Part shown: positions 8,047-20,625 of the stretch, piece after piece
Position numbering within the stretch: position 1 is the stretch's first letter
How the letters are laid out: the number at the start of each line of letters is the position of its first letter
DNA from: Nitrosospira sp.
Lineage (GTDB): Bacteria; Pseudomonadota; Gammaproteobacteria; Burkholderiales; Nitrosomonadaceae
Length of the DNA stretch: 64,000 nucleotides
Direction of reading: 5' to 3'
Assembly: GCA_013697655.1 (NCBI GenBank)
Contig: JACCWK010000042.1
Coordinates: forward strand, 8,051 to 72,050
Program-made: the position numbers and the translations under genes
Notes under the pieces: model-generated
Told to the model about the DNA's origin: nothing
Seen by the model: the letters and a program-made list of their open reading frames with translations, nothing else
The model's database searches: none

Positions 8047-9711
8047 ATGGCTCAATACGTACTTACCATGAACCGTGTAGGCAAAGTTGTTCCCCCACGG
8101 CGCACGATTCTCAAAGATATTTCCATCAGTTTTTTTCCCGGCGCAAAGATCGGGCTGCTGGGCCTGAACGGCTCGGGCAAATCCACGGTGCTGAGAATCA
8201 TGGCAGGGGTGGACAAGGACATCGAAGGCGAGGTTACCGCTATGCCCAACCTCAATATCGGCTATCTGCAGCAGGAACCACGACTCAATCCTGAGCAGAC
8301 GGTGCGCGAAGCGGTACAGGAAGGGCTGGGTGAAATATTCGGCGCGCAGCAAAAACTGGAAGAGGTATATGCTGCTTATGCCGAGCCGGACGCCGACTTC
8401 GACGCGCTGGCCACCGAACAGGTTCGGCTGGAAGCCATCCTTGCCACAAGTGGTGGGGATGGCAGTCAACAACTGGAAATCGCCGCCGACGCCTTGCGTC
8501 TCCCCGAGTGGGATGCCGTCATCAAAAATCTTTCCGGCGGCGAGAAGCGTCGCGTGGCGCTATGCAAACTTCTGCTGTCCAAACCCGACATGCTGTTGCT
8601 TGACGAACCGACTAACCATCTGGACGCCGAGTCAGTAGAATGGCTGGAGCAATTCCTCACGCGATTCCCCGGGACCGTCGTAGCGGTCACGCATGATCGG
8701 TATTTTCTCGACAACGCCGCCGAGTGGATTCTGGAGCTCGACCGTGGTCATGGTATTCCATGGAAAGGTAACTATAGTTCGTGGCTGGAGCAGAAAGGGA
8801 ACCGCCTCAAAAACGAAGAATCGACCGAATCCGCACGTCAGAAAGCGCTGCGCAAGGAACTCGAATGGGTGCGGCAGAATCCCAAGGGGCGTCAGGCGAA
8901 ATCCAAGGCACGTATCGCCCGCTTTGAAGAACTCAACTCTCAGGAGTACCAGAAACGCAACGAAACGCAGGAGATTTTCATTCCCGTTGCGGAGAGACTG
9001 GGTAACGAAGTCATCGAGTTCAAAAATGCTTCCAAAGCCTACGGTGAGCGCCTGCTGATCGACAACTTGAGCTTTAAGGTGCCGCCCGGCGCCGTCGTCG
9101 GCATCATCGGCCCCAACGGGGCGGGCAAATCTACCTTGTTCCGCATGATCACAGGAAAGGAACAGCCGGACTCGGGGGAAATAGTGATCGGCACGACCGT
9201 CAAAATATCGCATGTGGATCAGTCGCGTGATGCTTTGGAAAGCGGCAAAACAGTGTTCGACACCATTTCCGACGGCAACGACATCCTCACTGTCGGCAAG
9301 TATGAGACGCCCGCGCGCGCTTATCTCGGACGGTTCAACTTCAAGGGTGCGGATCAGCAGAAGATCGTCGGGAACCTGTCAGGCGGCGAACGCGGGCGAC
9401 TGCATCTGGCAAAAACGCTTATTTCCGGCGGAAACGTACTCCTGCTGGACGAACCCTCTAACGATCTGGACGTGGAAACCTTGCGTGCATTGGAGGACGC
9501 TTTGCTGGAGTTCGCCGGTTGTGTGCTGGTTATCTCGCATGATCGCTGGTTCCTAGACCGCATCGCCACTCATATTCTTGCGTTTGAAGGAAATTCGCAG
9601 GCTTCGTTCTTCGACGGCAATTATCAGGAATACGAAGCTGATAAACGAAAGCGCTTGGGTGAAGAAGGGGCGAAGCCGAAGCGAATCAGGTATAAGCCTA
9701 TTAATCGGTAA
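8047..9711 (+). CDS. ettA: Energy-dependent translational throttle ABC-F protein
   Basis: Two ABC domains (GLNGSGKST/LSGGE and GPNGAGKST/LSGGE), the inter-domain linker ELEWVRQNPKGRQAKSKAR and a C-terminal PKRIRYK. Confidence 0.96.
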   Translation: MAQYVLTMNRVGKVVPPRRTILKDISISFFPGAKIGLLGLNGSGKSTVLRIMAGVDKDIEGEVTAMPNLNIGYLQQEPRLNPEQTVREAVQEGLGEIFGAQQKLEEVYAAYAEPDADFDALATEQVRLEAILATSGGDGSQQLEIAADALRLPEWDAVIKNLSGGEKRRVALCKLLLSKPDMLLLDEPTNHLDAESVEWLEQFLTRFPGTVVAVTHDRYFLDNAAEWILELDRGHGIPWKGNYSSWLEQKGNRLKNEESTESARQKALRKELEWVRQNPKGRQAKSKARIARFEELNSQEYQKRNETQEIFIPVAERLGNEVIEFKNASKAYGERLLIDNLSFKVPPGAVVGIIGPNGAGKSTLFRMITGKEQPDSGEIVIGTTVKISHVDQSRDALESGKTVFDTISDGNDILTVGKYETPARAYLGRFNFKGADQQKIVGNLSGGERGRLHLAKTLISGGNVLLLDEPSNDLDVETLRALEDALLEFAGCVLVISHDRWFLDRIATHILAFEGNSQASFFDGNYQEYEADKRKRLGEEGAKPKRIRYKPINR

Positions 9712-9791
9712 GATTAGGGCATCCTGTAATTCGAGGCTCCGAGGCTCTAAGTTAGCGTATTCACCAACCGCGTATGTAAGCGATAGATAGG

Positions 9792-10283
9792 ATGAGTAGT
9801 CGTTTCCCCTGGGGTCATATTGTCGCCCTCGCGATCTGGACTACTATCTCCGTTGCAATCTATCTATACTTTGACGCCCGCCAGAAACCAACCATTGCTG
9901 TAGCTGGCGCGGAACTGGTTAGCGGAAAAGTAGCGATCCCGCGATCACGCGATGGACATTACTATGTGAGGGGTAAAATTAACGGCCATCCCGTGGATTT
10001 TATGGTGGACACGGGGGCGAGCACGGTATCGATCAGCCGTGACATCGCGCTAAATGCCCATCTGCCTCGAGGAATGCCTGCTACTTTTCTTACGGCGAAT
10101 GGGCCTGTCAGGGGCGAGATTGTTTCGGGGCAAACTATTGAAGCGGGTGGCATCGTGGTGGAGGGTCTCAGTGTGGGGATCGGTGTTCAGGGGAATGTAG
10201 CGCTGCTTGGACAGAACTTCTTGCGCAAGGTGGATGTTCTCCAGTCAGACGACAAAATGTTACTACGAATCAGGCCCAAATAA
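9792..10283 (+). CDS. Clan AA retropepsin-like aspartic protease, membrane anchored
   Basis: N-terminal TM segment, DGHYYVRGKING, catalytic FMVDTGAS and ALLGQNFL. Confidence 0.9.
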   Translation: MSSRFPWGHIVALAIWTTISVAIYLYFDARQKPTIAVAGAELVSGKVAIPRSRDGHYYVRGKINGHPVDFMVDTGASTVSISRDIALNAHLPRGMPATFLTANGPVRGEIVSGQTIEAGGIVVEGLSVGIGVQGNVALLGQNFLRKVDVLQSDDKMLLRIRPK

Positions 10284-10532
10284 GCTCGGGACTCTGTCCC
10301 AAGCTGGCTCTGCAAGAGTCGCTGCCCTCACAAAACGGCAGGTTAACCAATAACTCCGGCATTGTGAGTATCTCGCTATACGGGTTAGCATCAGCTACCA
10401 TGTCGTCTCTATAAAGAAAAACCGCCATCAGAACTGTGAGATATTTGCTGACTATGCGCTTGGGCGCACCTGCCTTAAAAGAATGTTAAAAGAATGCGCC
10501 AATCTTCCTATTCACCTTTTAAAATAGAAGTC

Positions 10533-11315
10533 ATGAAAGCAGTTTATTGCACTCTCCTGCTATCTCTTATTCTTGCAGCGTCTGCTGAAGTATGCGCATT
10601 CTCGACTGTCCTATCCGCGCTGGAAGCAGGAACACGGCTGGCAGCCCCGCAAGCGCATAGTCAGCAGCGCCAAAGCGAGCGTGCACTCTCAGTAGCCCAG
10701 ATACAAGATAAAAACACCAATGTATGCCCGGACTGCCCAGAAACAATTCCCATTCCTGGCAATAAGTTTGCCATCGGTAAATATGCTGTAACTTTCAGTG
10801 AATGGGATGCCTGTGCAGCAGATGGCGGCTGTGGTGGATATCAGCCCTCGGATAATGGGTGGGGACGCGGCAATCGGCCCGTAACAAATGTAAGCTGGAA
10901 CGATGCGCAAGCCTATATTCAATGGTTCTCTCGCAAAACAGGCATAACCTATCGACTGCCAACGGAACAGGAATGGGAGCTAGCGTCCCGTGCGGGCACC
11001 ACTACAAATTATTACTGGGGAAATGATACCGGGCTTAATCACGCTAATTGCGATGGTTGTGGAAGCGAGTGGGACAATAAAAAAACCGCGCCGGTAGGGA
11101 GCTTCAAGCCCAATGCGTGGGGTTTGTATGACATGATGGGGAATGTCTGGCAATGGACAGACACTTGCTGGAAGGGTAACTGCACAAAGCGCATGCTTTG
11201 TGGAGGCTCCTGGAACCACAGGCCGCAGGATATGAGCGCTGGTATGTGCAACTGGTTCGATACGAACAAGCGCATGCGCTATCTTGGATTTCGTCTCGCT
11301 TTGACACTGCCTTGA
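10533..11315 (+). CDS. Formylglycine-generating enzyme (SUMF1/FGE-sulfatase) family protein, secreted
   Basis: Signal peptide, RPVTNVSWNDA, YRLPTEQEWE, PNAWGLYDMMGNVWQW and GFRLA. The ORF track starts at 10494; the ATG at 10533 has the better RBS. Confidence 0.9.
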   Translation: MKAVYCTLLLSLILAASAEVCAFSTVLSALEAGTRLAAPQAHSQQRQSERALSVAQIQDKNTNVCPDCPETIPIPGNKFAIGKYAVTFSEWDACAADGGCGGYQPSDNGWGRGNRPVTNVSWNDAQAYIQWFSRKTGITYRLPTEQEWELASRAGTTTNYYWGNDTGLNHANCDGCGSEWDNKKTAPVGSFKPNAWGLYDMMGNVWQWTDTCWKGNCTKRMLCGGSWNHRPQDMSAGMCNWFDTNKRMRYLGFRLALTLP

Positions 11316-11543
11316 AACAGCGCACAAGATTATCTTTTTAAGCTTACAAAATGGATTCAGCACCGCTATAGGTTCACTTCCAGCCAAGCTTCGCGGCGTA
11401 TGCATGTCGCCATGATAATTTATGACATTTCCCCAAATGTTATCTCTAAATTCTCTCTCCGCATTAACCTCATGCTGGAAAGTCGATAAGAAAAATCTTA
11501 CCAAGCAATTATCTTTTGCTGGAGGGGAGTACCGTTTGACCGT

Positions 11544-12797
<1,254 letters not shown>

Positions 12798-13350
12798 TTA
12801 TCAATATTATTTATGAACGTGCAGGTCAACTCCTTCTTCGAATGCCCAGAGTTTTTACAGCCAACAGCTTTCTTCAATATAGCGAACCTCTTAATAAGTT
12901 GTCTCCATGCACCAGGTTTGCCGTCAAAATCGGCTCGATCAAAAGTCGCAAGACGGCGGTCGAGAATAGGTCGGAAAATACGAAGAAGTGTAACACAGTG
13001 GACTCCCACTTCTACCGCAACCCGCATGGAACGGTGCTTTGCGGGCGTATGCTTTATCCGTTTCCTGGAATGCCTGAAAGGGACTGACCATTTGCACCCG
13101 TGCCTTTCGCATAGCCCTTCTCGTAAGCGCTACAGAAAACTTCTGATGGCATGGTCAGGATCAAAGAAGTTTCCAGGGAACCTCGTTTTCGTAATATTGG
13201 GGCACACTTTTTTATCCGTTGAAATATGTCGGGGTTACCTTCATCATATCGCTGAGGACTCTTTTATCTTTTATAATTCCGTATCTGCGCGCTCTACTTT
13301 GTTCTGCCGAACAAACCCGGTGGCCATTCAAACATCCCAAGGAGATTTAG

Positions 13351-13740
13351 ATGAAAAAACAGACGATCCAAACTGCTGACGCGCCCCAGGCCATCGGCAC
13401 CTATTCCCAGGCGATACGCGCCGGAGGAGGAGATACGGTCTATCTTTCCGGTCAGATCGGATTGGATCCGTTTACCATGCAAATGGTTGTCGGTATCGAA
13501 GGACAAATCCAGCAGGTATTTTTGAACCTGAAGGCGGTGGCTGCGGCGAGTGGGGGTAATTTGGGTGATATCGTCAAACTGAATGTCTACCTGATCGATC
13601 TTGCCAACTTTGAAAGGGTAAACGAGATCATGGCGAGTTATTTCAACTCCCCGTATCCCGCGCGAGCGGCAGTGGGTGTTGCGGCACTCCCCCGCGGGGC
13701 GTTAGTGGAAATGGACGCGGTGATGGTATTGCAGGATTGA
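13351..13740 (+). CDS. RidA/YjgF family reactive intermediate deaminase
   Basis: [20 protein letters not shown] and [22 protein letters not shown]. Confidence 0.93.
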   Translation: MKKQTIQTADAPQAIGTYSQAIRAGGGDTVYLSGQIGLDPFTMQMVVGIEGQIQQVFLNLKAVAAASGGNLGDIVKLNVYLIDLANFERVNEIMASYFNSPYPARAAVGVAALPRGALVEMDAVMVLQD

Positions 13741-15842
13741 AGGGTAATACCGACCATTCCGAGTCCGGCATCACTAATTGCCTCGTCAGCAAAGCGATAC
13801 GAGAAAAACTTGTCAGACTCGGCGTAGCCGATGAATTCGATTTGTTGCTGCACCTGCCGCTTCGCTACCAAGACGAAACGCACCTTTGCCCTATCAACGA
13901 TGTGCCTGAAAACAAGACGGTACAGGTTGAAGGCATTATTATCCACAGCGAAATAATGTATCGACCACGACGGCAACTGGTGTGCCGGGTGGAGGATGAT
14001 AGCGGCATACTCTTCATACGCTTCCTCAATTTTTATGGGAGCCAGGTAAAAGCATACGCCGTTGGCACGCGCGTACGCTTACTGGGGGAGATACGCCAAG
14101 GATTTTTCGGTGCTGAAATGGTTCACCCCAAATGCCGCATCATGCGTGAATGTATTCCGCTGGCCGACGCACTCACACCGGTTTATCCAACCACGGCAGG
14201 ACTCTCCTCGGAAGCGCTGCGCAAATTGATTCAGCGAACGCTTCAGGCGCTGGCAGATGGCGGCGATCAGCAAGGCTATCTGTCCGAAACCCTGCCAGAC
14301 ACGATTTTAAAGCAATATCGATTACATAGTTTCAGGAGCAGCATACTTCTTTTGCATCAACCGCCACCGGATGCATCGGCAACGCTATTACAGCAGCGCA
14401 CTCATCCCGCCTGGCGACGAATCAAGTTCGATGAATTGCTGGCGCAACAACTCTCCATGCGTCTACACTATCGGCAACGGCGCAGCGGAAACGCGCCCGT
14501 TTTGTTAAAAAAAAACGACTTGATAAGGGCGCTTCTGCAATCGCTTCCCTTCGAACTCACCAGCGGTCAGAAGAAGGCATCTTCCGAAATCAGCCACGAT
14601 CTCGTTGCGGGTCATCCCATGCAACGGCTGTTGCAGGGCGATGTGGGTAGCGGCAAAACCGTTGTCGCAGCATTGGCTGTGTTACAGGCGATTGAAAATG
14701 GCTACCAGGCGGCATTGATGGCCCCAACGGAGATCCTTGCCGAACAACACTATCAAAAACTTTCTGCCTGGCTTGGTCCAGTGCTGGGCTCTTCGGATAT
14801 TAAGATTGCGTGGTTAGCCGGTAATCAGAAAAAGAAACAGCGTGACAGCATGCTCGCTGCTATTGCCGATGGTAGTGCCATGCTCGCCATTGGCACTCAC
14901 GCATTGTTCCAGGACCAGGTAGAATTCGCCAGGTTGGGACTTGCCATTATTGACGAACAGCATCGCTTCGGCGTGCATCAACGACTGGCATTAAGGATGA
15001 AAGGAGCTAAAACAGGCTTAGCACCGCATCAGTTGATGATGAGCGCCACACCCATTCCACGCACACTTTCAATGAGTTATTATGCCGACCTCGATGTATC
15101 GGTAATCGATGGGCTTCCGCCTGGCAGAACTCCGGTAGTTACCAAGCTGGTCGCCGCAACCCGGCGGGATGAAGTAATCGCGCGGATCCGGGAAGCTTGC
15201 CATGCCGGAAAACAGGCCTATTGGGTGTGTCCGCTGATTGAAGAATCCGAGGCTTTGCAACTCAAGACAGCTCTAGACACTTATGAAACGTTGAGCCTCA
15301 CTTTTCCTGATTTGAAGATCGGGTTGGTACATGGGCGGCTCCCGCCCCAGGAAAAATCCGCAGTGATGGAATCCTTCAAACAGGGTGACATCCAATTACT
15401 GGTTGCCACAACGGTCGTTGAAGTGGGCGTTGATGTGGCCAATGCCTCGATGATGGTAGTAGAGCACGCTGAGCGCATGGGGTTGTCACAGTTGCACCAG
15501 TTACGAGGTCGTGTCGGGCGAGGTACGGAAACCAGTATATGCATATTGCTATACCAGAAGCCCCTATCCCCAATCGCTCAAGAACGCCTCAAAATTATCT
15601 TTGAGAGTACCGACGGGTTTGAGATCGCGCGTCAGGATTTGCGGCTTCGGGGTCCCGGCGAATTTCTGGGTGCACGTCAGAGCGGAGTGCCCATGCTCCG
15701 CTTCGCCGATCTGGAACAAGATGGGGATTTACTCGATGCCGCCCGCAACGTCGCAGAGGAATTACTATGCGACCATCCCGAAGCTGCAAAGCGCCATCTA
15801 CAACGCTGGCTGGGGAAAAGAAGCGAATATCTCAGGGTATAG
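13737..15842 (+). CDS. recG: ATP-dependent DNA helicase RecG
   Basis: [40 protein letters not shown] and [12 protein letters not shown]; overlaps the ridA stop. Confidence 0.98.
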   Translation: MKGNTDHSESGITNCLVSKAIREKLVRLGVADEFDLLLHLPLRYQDETHLCPINDVPENKTVQVEGIIIHSEIMYRPRRQLVCRVEDDSGILFIRFLNFYGSQVKAYAVGTRVRLLGEIRQGFFGAEMVHPKCRIMRECIPLADALTPVYPTTAGLSSEALRKLIQRTLQALADGGDQQGYLSETLPDTILKQYRLHSFRSSILLLHQPPPDASATLLQQRTHPAWRRIKFDELLAQQLSMRLHYRQRRSGNAPVLLKKNDLIRALLQSLPFELTSGQKKASSEISHDLVAGHPMQRLLQGDVGSGKTVVAALAVLQAIENGYQAALMAPTEILAEQHYQKLSAWLGPVLGSSDIKIAWLAGNQKKKQRDSMLAAIADGSAMLAIGTHALFQDQVEFARLGLAIIDEQHRFGVHQRLALRMKGAKTGLAPHQLMMSATPIPRTLSMSYYADLDVSVIDGLPPGRTPVVTKLVAATRRDEVIARIREACHAGKQAYWVCPLIEESEALQLKTALDTYETLSLTFPDLKIGLVHGRLPPQEKSAVMESFKQGDIQLLVATTVVEVGVDVANASMMVVEHAERMGLSQLHQLRGRVGRGTETSICILLYQKPLSPIAQERLKIIFESTDGFEIARQDLRLRGPGEFLGARQSGVPMLRFADLEQDGDLLDAARNVAEELLCDHPEAAKRHLQRWLGKRSEYLRV

Positions 15843-16010
15843 AAGGTCGCTATAAAATTATTTGCCCGTGATCGGCGGTTCTCGTAAATCCAGCGTACGC
15901 TAAAAAATAAGTGATGGGTATCAAGTGGGACTTGAATCGGTGCATAGCTACTCATGCGCAATGACGAGCACACAACATTGGCGAACTCAGCCATATTTAA
16001 GAACCGGTGG

Positions 16011-16796
16011 ATGATACTGCGAACCAGAAATCTAACCCTTCAATATCCAGGCAAGCTACTCTGTAGCAACCTGAACCTGACCATCAGTCCAGGCGAATGT
16101 TGGGCCATACTCGGGAAGAATGGTTGCGGGAAGACAACCTTAATACATACTCTGGCCGGCTTGCGTCACATTGATAGCGGAAACGAACCCTCTGTGATGA
16201 TGGGGGAGAGAGCACTGCAAACCTGGTCTCGGCGGGAGCTAGCTCGCAATCTTGGGATCATGCTGCAGGACGAGCCCGGCGAGTTTTGGGGCAATGTGTA
16301 TGAATATGTTTTGCTGGGACGGTATCCTCATGTACAGAACGTGTTTGGCTGGAAAGACGCCGATCAGGACGCTGCGACCCAAGCCATTGAATGCATGGAA
16401 TTGACCGGCCTGGCCCACCGTTCACTTAGCACGCTTTCCGGAGGCGAGCGTCAGCGCGCACGTATCGCTTTACTACTTGCCCAGTCGCCTCAGTATTATT
16501 TGCTGGATGAGCCCCTGCAACACCTTGATCTACGGCATCAGCTTCTCGTCATGACGCTTTTCAGTGAATTGGCAAGGCAAGGTAATGCGCTTATGATGGT
16601 GCTGCATGATGTCAACTTGGCAGGCCGCTTTTGCGATCATGCCCTGATGCTGTTCGATAATGGCCGCACCATTATTGGCAGTGCCAAAGAGGTACTCAAC
16701 CGGCCTAATCTGGAAGCACTTTACCAATGTAATATGACTGAGCTCGTGGCGGGGGGGTTGCGTCATTTCGTACCGGAAACGATGCCGGGTGTATAA
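16011..16796 (+). CDS. ABC transporter ATP-binding subunit (FecE/BtuD-like)
   Basis: GKNGCGKT, LSGGERQR, LLDEP and the H-loop VLHD. The ORF track starts at 15954; the likely start is 16011. Confidence 0.88.
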   Translation: MILRTRNLTLQYPGKLLCSNLNLTISPGECWAILGKNGCGKTTLIHTLAGLRHIDSGNEPSVMMGERALQTWSRRELARNLGIMLQDEPGEFWGNVYEYVLLGRYPHVQNVFGWKDADQDAATQAIECMELTGLAHRSLSTLSGGERQRARIALLLAQSPQYYLLDEPLQHLDLRHQLLVMTLFSELARQGNALMMVLHDVNLAGRFCDHALMLFDNGRTIIGSAKEVLNRPNLEALYQCNMTELVAGGLRHFVPETMPGV

Positions 16797-17058
16797 TTCG
16801 CGCTTGATGCTTTTTAAGGAATCTCTGAATAAGCCCTCGGTGGAGCAGTGTGAGATAGGTGATAAGGAGCGTAACGCAGTGAATCGCAATTTTACTGCAA
16901 TCCGGAAGGGACGATGCTTTGCGAGCGGCCCTGTTTTTTAATCTCCTGACTAAGGACCGGCCATCTGCGTTCTTGGCCCCTTTGCCTGCACCTCCTGTAA
17001 AGCCGCTGTCGCCTTTTCTGGCGGCTCGGGAACTTATTCAGAGATTCTTAATTTCTTA

Positions 17059-18465
17059 ATGATCCGTAAATTTCTTCACCGCGTTTTCAGTCGCACCCCA
17101 ACTGCACCTGTTTCCGCTTCCCGTTCCTCTTCCACCGAGGTTCACGTTATTTCGCGCAAGCAACACGGTATTACCCGCGACCACATCAATCCCTGCGCAC
17201 TCAAAGTCACGTCGGGCTTGCAGGAGGCGGGATATTCCGCTTTTGTGGTGGGTGGCGCGGCACGTGACCTGCTCTTGGGACTGGAGCCGAAAGATTATGA
17301 CGTTGCCACTAATGCCACCCCTGAGGAAGTGCGTGCCGTTTTTCGTCGTTCGCGCATAATCGGGCGCCGTTTCCGTCTGGTGCATGTGATGTGCGGCGCC
17401 GAAACGGTGGAAGTTTCTACTTTTCGCGGGAGCACCTCAGTCGACGATGACGATGGAGTGATGGATCGCACGCACGCTGACGAACATGGACGCCTCTTGC
17501 GAGACAACGTTTTTGGCAGTCAGGAAGAAGACGCGAAGCGGCGCGACTTCACGGTAAATGCGTTATTTTTTGATCCCGTCAAAGAAGAAATCTGGGACTA
17601 TCTGAATGGCTATGATGATATCAAGGCAAAGCGCTTGCGCATCATAGGCGACCCTTTGCGGCGATATCGCGAAGATCCGGTACGAATGTTGCGAGCAGTT
17701 CGGCTCGCGGCCAAGCTCGATATGCAGATAGATACGGACACCGCTGCTCCTATTGGGGATCTTGCGCATCTATTGCAGAATGTGCCGCCATCGCGACTGT
17801 TTGATGAGATGTTGAAGCTGCTCCTGTCTGGTTACGCGTTAGCTTGCGTGGTGGACCTGCGTACACGCGGGCTGCACCATGGCTTGCTGCCGATGCTGGA
17901 TATCATACTGGAACAGCCGCTGGGCGAGCGCTTTATTAGCCTCGCATTAAAAAAAACCGATGAACGCGTGCACCAGGAAAAACCTGTTTCCCCCGGTTTT
18001 CTGTTTGCGGCACTGTTATGGCACGAAGTACTCGCGGCATGGAATATTCGTCAAACTGCAGGGGAGAAATTGATGCCTGCTCTACATCAGGCGATGAGCG
18101 ATGTACTGGCGGTACAAAATAAAAAACTTGCGATTCCGCGTCGGTACGACGCCATCATGCAGGAAATCTGGACTATGCAACCCCGTTTTATCGGGAGATC
18201 AGGACGAAGGCCGTTTCGGTTACTGGAACACCCCCGCTTTCGCGCCGCATATGATTTTATGTTATTACGTTGCGAAAGTGGCGAAGTCGACATGGAGTTG
18301 GGGAAGTGGTGGGAAGCGTTTCAACGGGCCAGTTCCGACGAGCGTGCAGCCATGCTACTCAAGGATGAGACTCAAAAGAAGCGCAGAAAAAGTCGGGGAC
18401 GTCATAAACCCATAGCCGACGAGCCAGTAAATACCGACAGTTCATCCGCAGACATGGTGAAATAA
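17059..18465 (+). CDS. pcnB: Poly(A) polymerase I
   Basis: VVGGAARDLLLGLEPKDYDVAT, IIGRRFRLVH, RRDFTVNAL, EDPVRMLRA, HPRFRAAYDF and a basic C-terminal tail. Confidence 0.96.
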   Translation: MIRKFLHRVFSRTPTAPVSASRSSSTEVHVISRKQHGITRDHINPCALKVTSGLQEAGYSAFVVGGAARDLLLGLEPKDYDVATNATPEEVRAVFRRSRIIGRRFRLVHVMCGAETVEVSTFRGSTSVDDDDGVMDRTHADEHGRLLRDNVFGSQEEDAKRRDFTVNALFFDPVKEEIWDYLNGYDDIKAKRLRIIGDPLRRYREDPVRMLRAVRLAAKLDMQIDTDTAAPIGDLAHLLQNVPPSRLFDEMLKLLLSGYALACVVDLRTRGLHHGLLPMLDIILEQPLGERFISLALKKTDERVHQEKPVSPGFLFAALLWHEVLAAWNIRQTAGEKLMPALHQAMSDVLAVQNKKLAIPRRYDAIMQEIWTMQPRFIGRSGRRPFRLLEHPRFRAAYDFMLLRCESGEVDMELGKWWEAFQRASSDERAAMLLKDETQKKRRKSRGRHKPIADEPVNTDSSSADMVK

Positions 18466-18469
18466 CTTA

Positions 18470-18979
18470 ATGTCATGTGTTGACTCCTATCTGGTCCACC
18501 AGGCTTTTATTGCACTAGGCAGTAACCTGGATGAACCCGAATTGCAGGTAAGACGAGCATTTGGCGAGCTGGCACGGCTACCTTCAAGCCGCCTGTTGGC
18601 ACACTCCTCCCTTTATCGCAGTGGCCCAATAGGACTGCTGGATCAGCCTGATTTCATTAACGCAGTGGCGCATATCGAGACCGCCCTCGGTCCCCATGAC
18701 CTTCTTCAGGCCTTGCTCGAAATTGAATTGGGTCACGGCCGTGTGCGCAAGTCTCCCAACGCTCCTCGAACCCTTGATCTGGATATGCTGATGTATGATG
18801 ATCTGCAATGCGACGAACATTGTTTGATTCTTCCACATCCCCGCATGCACCAAAGGGTATTCGTATTGCAACCCCTTCTGGAAATCACGCCGAATTGCCG
18901 TATTCCCGGGCGTGGTACGGTTGCTGAATTACTGTACTTATGTGCGGAACAGCGAATCGAACGCGAGCAAAATAAATGA
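18470..18979 (+). CDS. folK: 2-amino-4-hydroxy-6-hydroxymethyldihydropteridine diphosphokinase
   Basis: FIALGSNL, QPDFINAV, PRTLDLDML and ILPHPRMHQRVFVL. Confidence 0.96.
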   Translation: MSCVDSYLVHQAFIALGSNLDEPELQVRRAFGELARLPSSRLLAHSSLYRSGPIGLLDQPDFINAVAHIETALGPHDLLQALLEIELGHGRVRKSPNAPRTLDLDMLMYDDLQCDEHCLILPHPRMHQRVFVLQPLLEITPNCRIPGRGTVAELLYLCAEQRIEREQNK

Positions 18980-19617
18980 CGCTGGAAAAATATCACTACA
19001 TCGTCGTAGAGGGTCCGATAGGCGCCGGTAAAACCACCTTGGCCCAACGCATGGCTGATCGCTTGAATGGTGCCCTGCTATTGGAGAAACCAGACAAAAA
19101 TCCGTTTCTCCAGGAATTTTATAATGATATTCCCCGCTATGCGCTGCAGACGCAGCTATTTTTTTTATTCCAACGCGCAAATCAACTGCAAGGTGACGCC
19201 CAGACAGATATGTTCACTAAAGTTACTGTAAGCGATTTCTTGTTCGACAAAGATCAACTGTTTGCCAAGCTCACGCTAAGTGATGCCGAATATGATTTAT
19301 ATCAGCAAGTTTATCGTTATTTGCAACCCAAAGCGACGGCACCCGACCTCGTGATTTACCTGCAAGCCTCTCCTGCCACGCTGATCGAGCGAGTGAGGCG
19401 GCGTGGCAATACTTTCGAGAAGAACATATCAGAGGAATATTTGTGGCGGCTCAATGAAAGTTACACTCGATTTTTTCATCAGTACGAAGACGCGCCCGTA
19501 ATGATCATCAACAGCGAAAATCTCAATTTTGTCGATAGCCAGGAGGATTTTGATCTACTGTTGCAGCAGGTGAGCCAGATGCGTGGCCCCCGGGAATATT
19601 TCAATCGTGGAATCTAG
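18976..19617 (+). CDS. Deoxynucleoside kinase
   Basis: VVEGPIGAGKTT, ALQTQLFFL and PDLVIYLQAS; sits in the conserved position between folK and panB. Confidence 0.9.
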   Translation: MTLEKYHYIVVEGPIGAGKTTLAQRMADRLNGALLLEKPDKNPFLQEFYNDIPRYALQTQLFFLFQRANQLQGDAQTDMFTKVTVSDFLFDKDQLFAKLTLSDAEYDLYQQVYRYLQPKATAPDLVIYLQASPATLIERVRRRGNTFEKNISEEYLWRLNESYTRFFHQYEDAPVMIINSENLNFVDSQEDFDLLLQQVSQMRGPREYFNRGI

Positions 19618-19827
19618 TATATCCCGATGGAAATATTGTTACCTGTAACAGAATCAGTCTATAAGCCAGCCGCGGGGTGTTAAAAGTAACTGAGTTGTTG
19701 CAGGATAAGGCCGGTCACGGTAGAAAAGCATGGTGGTTCGTTTGCAACGACGGCTTGGCGGCATGGAGGCAATCTGATTATTTTTGTTAGCAAATATTTC
19801 TGACGCACTACACGAGGGGTTCAAGTC

Positions 19828-20619
19828 ATGCGTACTACACAAGGTGCCTTACAAAAAAAGCGCGACGAGGGGGAAAAAATTGCCATCCTCACGTGTTATG
19901 ACGCAAGTTTTGCGGTATTAATGGAAAATGCAGGCGTTGACATCCTGCTGGTGGGAGACTCTTTGGGTAACGTGCTGCAGGGCGAAGAAAGTACCCTGCC
20001 GGTCACCTTGGATGACATGATTTATCACACGCGATGCGTGGCGCGCGGTTCAAGCAAAGCATTCATAATGACTGATATGCCTTTCGGTACGTCTCAGGTA
20101 GCCCCTGAAGATACTTTCGAGAATGCCGCCGAACTGATGGCCGCAGGGGCCAACATGGTTAAGATCGAGGGCGGCAGCATTATGGTGGAAACAGTTGAAT
20201 TTCTGACTCAGCGGGGCATCCCGGTTTGCGCCCACATCGGTTTGACGCCCCAATCGGTAAATCAGTTAGGCGGCTACATGGTACAAGGTAAAACTGACCA
20301 CCAGGCAAAACAATTGCTGGAAGACGCAGTGGCCTTGGAAAAGGCAGGCGCCGGCATGCTACTGATGGAGGTTGTGCCCTCGACCCTTGCCAGAAAGATT
20401 ACCAAAAAATTATCTATTCCCACTATCGGCATTGGTGCAGGTATAGATTGTTCGGCACAAGTGCTGGTGTTGTATGACATGTTGGGCATCTACTCCGGCA
20501 AGAAAGCCAGATTCATGAAGAACTTCATGAACGGCGCGAGCAGCATCCAAGAAGCAGTGGAGAATTATGTCCGGTCAGTCAAAGCGGGGGAATTTCCAGG
20601 GCCGGAACATACATTCTGA
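19828..20619 (+). CDS. panB: 3-methyl-2-oxobutanoate hydroxymethyltransferase
   Basis: [30 protein letters not shown] and IPTIGIGAG. Confidence 0.98.
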   Translation: MRTTQGALQKKRDEGEKIAILTCYDASFAVLMENAGVDILLVGDSLGNVLQGEESTLPVTLDDMIYHTRCVARGSSKAFIMTDMPFGTSQVAPEDTFENAAELMAAGANMVKIEGGSIMVETVEFLTQRGIPVCAHIGLTPQSVNQLGGYMVQGKTDHQAKQLLEDAVALEKAGAGMLLMEVVPSTLARKITKKLSIPTIGIGAGIDCSAQVLVLYDMLGIYSGKKARFMKNFMNGASSIQEAVENYVRSVKAGEFPGPEHTF

Positions 20620-20625
20620 TTTGGA

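Noticed and set aside
10288-10300. GGGACTCTGTCCC as a second copy of the REP-like element
   Set aside because: Only a 5 bp stem with partial similarity; too short to support.
14507-14515. A9 tract in recG, and A8 tracts in pcnB, glgP and the helicase, as phase-variation sites
   Set aside because: All frames are intact, the tracts encode ordinary Lys-Lys runs, and such lengths are expected by chance.
16800-17058. Cobalamin riboswitch near the BtuD-like gene
   Set aside because: The region is downstream of the gene and I could not find the B12-box consensus; an Rfam scan would settle it.
19815-19827. GGTTCAAGTC as a tRNA T-loop
   Set aside because: No acceptor, D or anticodon stems can be formed; it lies just before the panB start.
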